Shown here piece by piece: positions 55,859 to 64,000 of a stretch of 64,000 nucleotides of DNA. The translations under genes and the position numbers were made by a program. The notes beneath the pieces are model-generated. The model saw only the letters and a list, made by a program, of their open reading frames with translations, was not told the DNA's origin and searched no databases. Within the stretch, counting starts at the first letter, position 1. Each line of letters starts with the position of its first letter. Source of the stretch: Octopus vulgaris (Eukaryota); NCBI GenBank assembly GCA_951406725.2, contig OX597822.1, positions 77,624,001-77,688,000 of the forward strand, given 5' to 3'.

Positions 55859-56137
55859 CAAGATGTAAATAGTAGCAGCACGACATCATGAAGTATATTT
55901 GCCACCTAAATGTGGCTGACCATATGGGATGATGCTACTGTTGTTTATAACCCCAGGAAGACATCTCCTCCAGCTGGCTAAAGACACACTGTCTGTGTCC
56001 CCAATTTATTACAAGAAATTAAACCTCCTTCTAGTCTACTTCCTTTAGTATATTCCATATTGTTTTCTTCTCTTTTATTTTTATTTCATTTCTCCACTTT
56101 ATAGTATCATATTTTATTTTTATTTTATTTTATTCTG

Positions 56138-56530
56138 GCTGTGTGGTAAGAAGTTTACTTCCCAGCCACATGGTTCCAGGTTCAGTCCCACTGCATGGCA
56201 CCTTGGGCAAGTGTCTTCTACTATAGCCTCAGGCTGATGAAAGCCTTGTGAGTGGATTTGTTTGACAGATGCTGAAGGAAGCCTGTGGTCTATATACATG
56301 TGTATATCTATGTGTGTGTCTTTGTGTCAGCGTTTCTCCCTTCAGCACCACTTGACAACCAGTGTTGGTGTGTTTACATCCCCATAATTTAGTGGTTCAG
56401 CAAAAGTGACTGTTAGAATATGTACTAGGCCTTAGGAAAAAATAAGTCCTGGGGTCAATTTGTTCAACTAAATTCCTTCAAGGTGATGCTCCAGCATGGC
56501 CACAGTCAAATGACTGAAACAAATAAAAAG
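56138..56530 (+). mobile_element. tRNA-derived CORE-type SINE, full-length example of the most abundant family
   Basis: A-box-like GGCTGTGTGG, B-box-like GGTTCAGTCCC, CORE-like ACCTTGGGCAAGT, central (TA/TG)n, tail CAGTCAAATGACTGAAACAA. Confidence 0.85.
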
Positions 56531-57037
56531 TTTTAAAAAAAGGGGTGTTTTTTTTTGTATTTCTTTCCATCTTCCACCCCAACTATCCTTCTAACAGCGT
56601 TACCCTGTTATCTTACTAATCTGTCTTGGGTGTTTGTTCTTCTGGCAGTAAGAAAACCTTTCCTGCAAGTCTCCCTCTTCTTTCTGCCACAATCTCCAGC
56701 AGCCCTCACAGATTGGCTCTTCTGAGGATTTCAGAGCTCATGATTCTATCTCTATGGGTAATCTTGTGTATTCTACATATCTAGGACTCAATTGCTGTTG
56801 ATATTATTTTCTTATATCCATGCCCAACACTACTTATTTAATTTGTAGATCTTTGTATTTTGACAGCTTCTGTCTCATTTTGGGCAATGTTTTGACCAGA
56901 AGGGATTAAGATGTCTCTCAGAATAAAAACATTTCCTCTCCAGTTGTTGGTTATTATGTCCAAACAGTTTACCTTGATCTTATGTCAGTCTGGACAAGAA
57001 TATTTGGATCATTGTGGTTAATTCATTACCAAGTATG

Positions 57038-57372
57038 TGAAGGCACATGGCTCAGTGGTTAGAGCGTCAAACTTATGATCGTGAGGTTGTGAGTTTGAAT
57101 TCCGGATTGGGCTGCGTGTTGTGTTCTCGAGCAAGACACTTTATTTCACATTGCTCCAGTTCACTCAGCTGTAGAAATGAGTTGCGATGTCACAGGTGCC
57201 AAGCTGTATCGGCCTTTGCCTTTCCCTTGGGTAACACTGGTGGCGTGGAGAGGGGAGGCCGGTATGCATGGATGACTGCTGGTCTTCCATAAACAACCTT
57301 GCCCAGACTTATGTCTGGGAGGGTAACTTTCCAGGTGCAATCCCATGGTCAGTCATGACCGAAGGGGGTCTC
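57038..57372 (+). mobile_element. Third tRNA-derived SINE family (Deu/Nin-like body); rearranged copy at 32460-32835
   Basis: TGGCTCAGTGGTTAGAGCG head, GAGTTTGAATTCC B box, CTCCAGTTCACTCAGCTGTAGAAATGAGT body. Confidence 0.75.
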
Positions 57373-59049
57373 AATTCATTGCCAAGTACAATGTCTGGTA
57401 CATTCCTATGTCACTCCAAAACCATTTTCACATTGTGCTCATAGCATAATTCTCCATGGCTTTGACTGTTGACTCAATCATGTCTGTGAATGTAGACATT
57501 TTTTTCCAAGGCTGGGCAGCCAGAGATGATGTCATCACTTCTATTAATCTCATGACTACAAAGACTACACTTGATCTTTGCATGTTTTCTTATTTTTGTA
57601 GTTCTTTGTGGCCAAGCTCCATCCTGTATAATTAAAATCTCACCTTCAGTTACATTTTAATCCAAACCTTTAAACCATTGTTGGCTTTTACTCTCATGCT
57701 ATTCATCATAGATTGGTTTTTACTTTGATTTTTTTCTTTATTTTATTTTTGTCGTTGCTATATATTTTAGAAATCCATTTTGTCTTCTTTTTTTAAACCT
57801 TTTCTGATGTTTTGTCATTATCTAAATCTTATTCTTCAGTGCAGTTACATTTTAGTTTGTACTTCGTTATTTTCTGACATGTATAGAGAAAAGAAACTAA
57901 TGGTGATGATGATGATGACGACAATGGTGTGTTTAATTTCTGAGATGATAGTGTATTCTGTCAATTTCTTTTTTCTTGGTAATCAATTCAAGCTTTGCAA
58001 TGGCTTGTTTTCTGTTTTACTATTTTCTATATAATAGCTTGGTTTGCTTGTAGCTGCACGTTGCAACAATATATCCCTTTCTAACAATCCTTTCTGTTTT
58101 CCTATTGGTCATAGGTGAGTGATCTACCTATTATAGAGTATGGATGGGAGAGCTTTGTATGTTGTTGGCAAACAAGTAATTTATCTATGATTTTGGGACC
58201 TCTGGTGTTTTTGAGTTTGGAAGTTAATGTTGCCCCTCACCTAGCAGCTAATCAGGTGTTGATTCTGATCTACTAACCATTTCATTAAATGATACCACAA
58301 TATATTAATGGATACCGATCTGGTAAAGGCAACAAACTGGCAGAACCATTAGCAAGTCGGATAAAATGCTTAGTGGCTTCTCTTCTGGCTCTTTATGTTC
58401 TGAGTTCAAATCCCACTAAGGTTGACATTGCTTTTTATCACTTCAGAGTTAATAAAATAAAGTACCTGTCAAGCACTAAGGTTGATATGTCCCCCTCCTT
58501 TCAAAATTCCTAGTATTGAATCCAGCAACGGACCTGCATCCAATTTAGGGGTAATGTTGTGATCTCAATTACTTATACACCATAGAAACCGAATAATCAG
58601 TCTTATGGATCCTAGAACTCAAAAAAATATTTATAAAAACAAAAGCTAAATAAAACTGGTGAGGTACTTCAACCAAAAATGTGTTCCATCCCAAAGCTTT
58701 TTCCATTTACTTACAGTTTTTAACGTTCTGGTAAATTCCATTTCAGTAATGTTGTGGCACTTATATTCTCTTGCTTCTCTCCTGAACCATTATGCTTCTC
58801 TTTCATTCTATTGAATGGTTTGTTCCATATTCCCTCCTGCATGCTTCAGTTTTTGTTCATGTTTCTCAGTCCTTCATTGGGATTTTTTCCCCAATATAAT
58901 GTCCCTATAAAATCCATTGCAATCTAATTGAAATACCCTGTTCTCTTACAAACATTCCTTTTTTTATTTTTTTTCTCCAAAATATCTAAATGATTCTACT
59001 GATGTAAGTTGTTAAAGGATTTTATTTATTTTTTGCTTCCAAGTGCAGA

Positions 59050-59420
59050 TGTGGTTGTTTGGTAAGAAGCTTGTTTCCCAACCACATGGTTCTGGGTTCA
59101 GTCCCACTGCGTGGCACCTTGGGCAAGTGTCTTCTACTATAGCCTCAGCCTGACCAAAGCTTTGTGAGTGGATTTGATGGACAGAAACTGAAAGAAGCCT
59201 GTCGTATATATATGTTTGTGTGTGTCTGTGTTTGTTGCCCCCCCTATCACTTGACAACCGGAGTTGGTGTTTTTATGTCCTCATAACTTAGCACAGTTTG
59301 GCAAAAGATACCGATTGAGTAAGTACTAGACATACAAAGAGTAAGTCTTGGGATCGATTTGTTTGACTAAAGGCAGTGCTCCAGCATGGCCGCAGTCAAA
59401 TGACTGAAACAAGTAAAAGA
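59050..59420 (+). mobile_element. CORE-type SINE, full length
   Basis: Same head, CORE and tail as 56138-56530. Confidence 0.85.
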
Positions 59421-59870
59421 ATGCAAAAATAAAAAGAATAGACTATCTCCCTTTTTATTGATATCATACATTTTTGTACACATGTTCTTTTCTTCTTATT
59501 TATGTTGGCTCTCTTGTTTTCTCTGTCGATAAAGAATGTATAGGCACAAGTGGGGGTGGGGCTGTGTGGTTAGGAAGTTTGCATACCAACCACATGATTC
59601 TGAGTTCAGTCCCACCACATTGCACCTTGGACAATGTCTTCTGTTATAGCCTCAGGCCAACCAAAGCATTGTCAGTGGAGTTGGTAGATAGAAAATAAAA
59701 GAAGCCCATAGTGTGTGTGTGTGTGTGTGTGTACACGCGTGCATGCGTGTCTACTACAGCCTTGTGCTAATGAAAGCTTTTAAGTGGATTTGTTAGATGG
59801 AAACTGAAAGAATCCCATCATATATATATATACACACATTAATAGTTATTGCCAATAGTTACTACATGGC

Positions 59871-60421
59871 AGTCCAGAAAAATAGGACGAATGCTGCCAT
59901 TGATTAGCTCCAAGAGGCCATCGCCTCTAGTTAGCTATGTGACACATGAACCTGTGTCCATTATAACCATCGAACAGGGGAGGTTAGCCACTTCCCCTTG
60001 CTAGTCTAGCATCTACAGACTAGTTTCAGGGTATTTGCCCCTTATCAATATACAGCAGCCTAACCAAGCAGGCATTGCTACTGACCGTCTGTTCGAAGGA
60101 TTATTTACCAAAATTCCATGGAATACATCCACTGGTTTTCAAAAATGGAAATATTAATATTTCTAAAGGAGACTACGGCAGCGGTAAATAACACTTCAAA
60201 CAGACGGTCAGTAGTGACGCCTGCTTGGTTCAGCTGCTCTACATCGATAAGGGGCAAATATCCTGAAACTAGTCTGTAGATGCCAGACCAGCAAGGGGAA
60301 GCAGCTCACCTCCCCTGTTCGAAGGTTATAATTAACACAGGTTCATGTGTCACATAGCTAGCTAGAGGTGATGGCCTCTTGGAGCTAATCAACGGCAGCA
60401 TTCGCCCTATTTTTTTGGACT
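59871..60421. mobile_element. ~228-bp inverted-repeat element; each arm carries a variant hammerhead motif
   Basis: Arms 59871-60098 and 60194-60421; CTACA-TCGATAA-GGGG(CAAATA)TCCT-GAAAC(TA)GTC-TGTAG at 60239-60279. Confidence 0.85.
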
Positions 60422-61137
60422 ATCAAACAGTCCAACCCATGCCAGTACAGAACATGGATGTTAAATGTTGCTGCTGCTGCTGATGATGATTATGATGTCT
60501 TTGGTTACATACTAAATTTGGTGAACGTTTATACCATTTATTACCAGCTTTGAAGAGGAAACGTCTGCATTGCTACCCAATCAATACTGCTATATACCCA
60601 GTCATGTCTATGGATATATATTCTGTTTTTGTGAGGACTGGCCAGCAGGAAATGATGTAGCCGATTATTTCTTTATGCTGATTAGATAATCTTTACTCAA
60701 CATTAGCCTCTTATTTATTTCCTTTATCTTTCATAGATTTTTTTTTTTTTTTTTTTGTTTTTACTCATGGCTAGCCATTGATCTTGTGTAGCTAAAGCCA
60801 GACATCCCATTTTTATCTTTAGTTCAGTAATTTCTAGCTATTGTTGTGCTCTTTTATTGAATCACTTCTTCTCTATCCAGTCATCTTAGAGCAGATTTCT
60901 GACCAGGGAGAGATTTTTTTTTCTTCAATAGTTTTATTGTAAAGTTCCACCTGGATTTTATCTCATTTCTATTTTTCATTTCTTTTTTCTTAAACTTTTC
61001 ACTTGTTTTGTCTTTAATCAAGCATATTGTGTATGTGTGTATAATTAGCTTTATTGTTTCCTTAATTAGGGAAAAAATGTATACATTTTTTCTTGCTCCT
61101 CTGCTTCTTTCTTACACTAATCAGCCAACTACACTGC

Positions 61138-61808
61138 ATCATCATCATCATCATCATCGTTTAACGTCCGTTTTCCGCGCTAGCACGGGTTGGACGGTTT
61201 CGACCGGGGTCTGGGGAGCTCGGGACTGCCCCAGGCTCCAATCTAGTCTGGCAGTGTTTCTACAGCTGGATGCCCTTCCTAACGCCAACCACTCCGCGAG
61301 TGTAGTGGGTGTTTTTTACGTGCCACCTGCACAGGTGCCAGAGGGGTCTGGCAACGGCCACGTTCGGATGGTGCTTTTTATGTGGGGGTGGTGCAGAAAT
61401 ATAGGGGAGCACCAGTGGGGAGGGGTGGTTCAGAGAAATGATGACAGGTTCTAGGCAAGTAGAACGTAGGATATCGAGAGAGGGGTAATGCATGGTGAAA
61501 TAGCGTATTGAAGAGGGGGGTTCGAAGAGTAGACACCTATAATGGTGGTGGGAGAAGCGACATCCGGTATAGATGGAGCAAAATATAGAGATATCCAGTA
61601 TTGGTGGTGGGGTGGGCAGGGCGGGTGAAGATACGAAGTTTGATTTTAGACGAATGAAGATAGATAGATAGATAGATAGAGAAATTAGATAGATAGAGAA
61701 ATTTGATAAATAGTTAGACAGATAGAGAAACATAAATAAATGGTAACCGAAGTGAAAATTAAGCATTCAACTTATCTGCACTCAGGACTACAGCTTGTAG
61801 ATGAATGA

Positions 61809-61840
<32 letters not shown>

Positions 61841-61909
61841 ACATATGTGTATTAGAGGGGACATACTTCAAGATGGCGCGAAGATACGAAGTTTGATTTT
61901 AGACGAATG

Positions 61910-61941
<32 letters not shown>

Positions 61942-64000
61942 GAAATTAGATAGATAGAGAAATTTGATAAATAGTTAGACAGATAGAGAAACATAAGAGG
62001 GAGTATCCGGTGTAGATGGTGAGAACAGTGTTCACCGGTATTGGTGGTGGCGGTGGGAGGGCGGGCGCACCGCGCATTGGGAGAAGATGAGGTTTTAGGC
62101 GGCAGAAAGAAGACAGGATTGAGATGAAATGCTTTGCGGTGTGTGAATAAGTTTTTGTGAGTGAAAGTTTTCATGCTTCTATGCTTCAGCTAGCATTTGA
62201 GACGAATGACAACGATAACGCTATTAGATGGGGATACAATAATAATAAGGCTTGCAAAAACAATGAAAAGAGGAAACAGGTCGGGAACTTAGCTGATGTT
62301 TTTCATCCTGCGGTATTGGCTAAGCCTGTGGAAGCGAGTGAAGGTGAGATATATACCGAGAGAGAGAGAGAGAGAGACAGTGAAAACAGAGGGAGAACCG
62401 ACACCACATAGCGAGAGAGAGAGAGACATAGTGACACCGCGCATTGGGAGAAGATGAGGTTTTAGGCGGCAGAAAGAAGACAGGATTGAGATGAAATGCT
62501 TTGCGGTGTGTGAATAAGTTTTTGTGAGTGAAAGTTTTCATGCTTCTATGCTTCAGCTAGCATTTGAGACGAAAGACAACGATAACGCTATTAGATGGGG
62601 ATACAATAATAATAAGGCTTGCAAAAACAATGAAAAGAGGAAACAGGTCGGGAACTTAGCTGATGTTTTTCATCCTGCGGTATTGGCTAAGCCTGTGGAA
62701 GCGAGTGAAGGTGAGATATATACCGAGAGAGAGAGAGAGAGAGACAGTGAAAACAGAGGGAGAACCAACACCACATAGCGAGAGAGAGAGAGAGAGAGAC
62801 ATAGTGACACCGCGCATTGGGAGAAGATGAGGTTTTAGGCGGCAGAAAGAAGACAGGATTGAGATGAAATGCTTTGCGGTGTGTGAATAAGTTTTTGTGA
62901 GTGAAAGTTTTCATGCTTCTATGCTTCAGCTAGCATTTGAGACGAAAGACAACGATAACGCTATTAGATGGGGATACAATAATAATAAGGCTTGCAAAAA
63001 CAATGAAAAGAGGAAACAGGTCGGGAACTTAGCTGATGTTTTTCATCCTGCGGTATTGGCTAAGCCTGTGGAAGCGAGTGAAGGTGAGATATATACCGAG
63101 AGAGAGAGAGAGAGAGAGACAGTGAAAACAGAGGGAGAACCGACACCACATAGCGAGAGAGAGAGAGAGAGAGACATAGTGACACCGCGCATTGGGAGAA
63201 GATGAGGTTTTAGGCGGCAGAAAGAAGACAGGATTGAGATGAAATGCTTTGCGGTGTGTGAATAAGTTTTTGTGAGTGAAAGTTTTCATGCTTCTATGCT
63301 TCAGCTAGCATTTGAGACGAAAGACAACGATAACGCTATTAGATGGGGATACAATAATAATAAGGCTTGCAAAAACAATGAAAAGAGGAAACAGGTCGGG
63401 AACTTAGCTGATGTTTTTCATCCTGCGGTATTGGCTAAGCCTGTGGAAGCGAGTGAAGGTGAGATATATACCGAGAGAGAGAGAGAGAGAGACAGTGAAA
63501 ACAGAGGGAGAACCGACACCACATAGCGAGAGAGAGAGAGAGAGAGACATAGTGACACCGCGCATTGGGAGAAGATGAGGTTTTAGGCGGCAGAAAGAAG
63601 ACAGGATTGAGATGAAATGCTTTGCGGTGTGTGAATAAGTTTTTGTGAGTGAAAGTTTTCATGCTTCTATGCTTCAGCTAGCATTTGAGACGAAAGACAA
63701 CGATAACGCTATTAGATGGGGATACAATAATAATAAGGCTTGCAAAAACAATGAAAAGAGGAAACAGGTCGGGAACTTAGCTGATGTTTTTCATCCTGCG
63801 GTATTGGCTAAGCCTGTGGAAGCGAGTGAAGGTGAGATATATACCGAGAGAGAGAGAGAGAGAGACAGTGAAAACAGAGGGAGAACCGACACCACATAGC
63901 GAGAGAGAGAGAGAGAGAGACATAGTGACACCGCGCATTGGGAGAAGATGAGGTTTTAGGCGGCAGAAAGAAGACAGGATTGAGATGAAATGCTTTGCGG
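61138..64000 (-). mobile_element. Putative non-autonomous RTE derivative: 5' tandem array + 5'-UTR homology + RTE 3' tail, no ORF
   Basis: On the minus strand: array (64000-62068), boundary motif matching 26598-26634, further 5'-UTR similarity at ~61630-61460, RTE tail 61385-61138. Confidence 0.7.
62068..64000 (-). repeat. Tandem array of ~373-bp monomers (>5 copies, runs off the window)
   Basis: CACCGCGCATTGGG starts at 62068, 62435, 62808, 63183, 63556 and 63929. Length variation is in the (GA)n tracts. Confidence 0.97.

Noticed and set aside
57046-57115. tRNA gene
   Set aside because: The tRNA-like head continues into a SINE body repeated at 32460, and the acceptor stem is imperfect.
61869-61880. 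YY1-like CAAGATGGCG site near the 373-bp array
   Set aside because: Single occurrence with no counterpart in the autonomous element.
62157-63899. Repeated 84-aa ORF (MSESFHASMLQ...) and the 73-aa antisense ORF at 22424-22645
   Set aside because: They repeat only because the DNA repeats; frames shift with (GA)n or poly-C length and no domain is recognisable.

Overview
AT-rich, microsatellite-dense eukaryotic DNA made almost entirely of repeats. The SINE/LINE repertoire resembles octopus genomes (inference), and no host protein-coding gene can be called. The main structure is a composite at 13218-30537: about 13 copies of a ~612-bp monomer run through a short GC-rich boundary into a near full-length RTE-clade LINE (APE, RT with an embedded PHD-type finger, (TGA)n tail). 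A full-length Tx1/L1-clade LINE sits inside this array with a 16-bp TSD. At the right end (61138-64000, minus strand) the same architecture recurs without the ORF: a ~373-bp array, the same boundary and 5'-UTR sequence, and the same RTE tail. The two monomers share colinear motifs, including the one the Tx1 element inserted at. This suggests an RTE family with satellite-like 5' monomer arrays, a non-autonomous partner and a possibly site-specific parasite. The window also holds many Penelope-type hammerhead ribozyme motifs (several in inverted repeats), three tRNA-derived SINE families, and decayed CR1, R4/Dong-like, Tx1 and RTE fragments.
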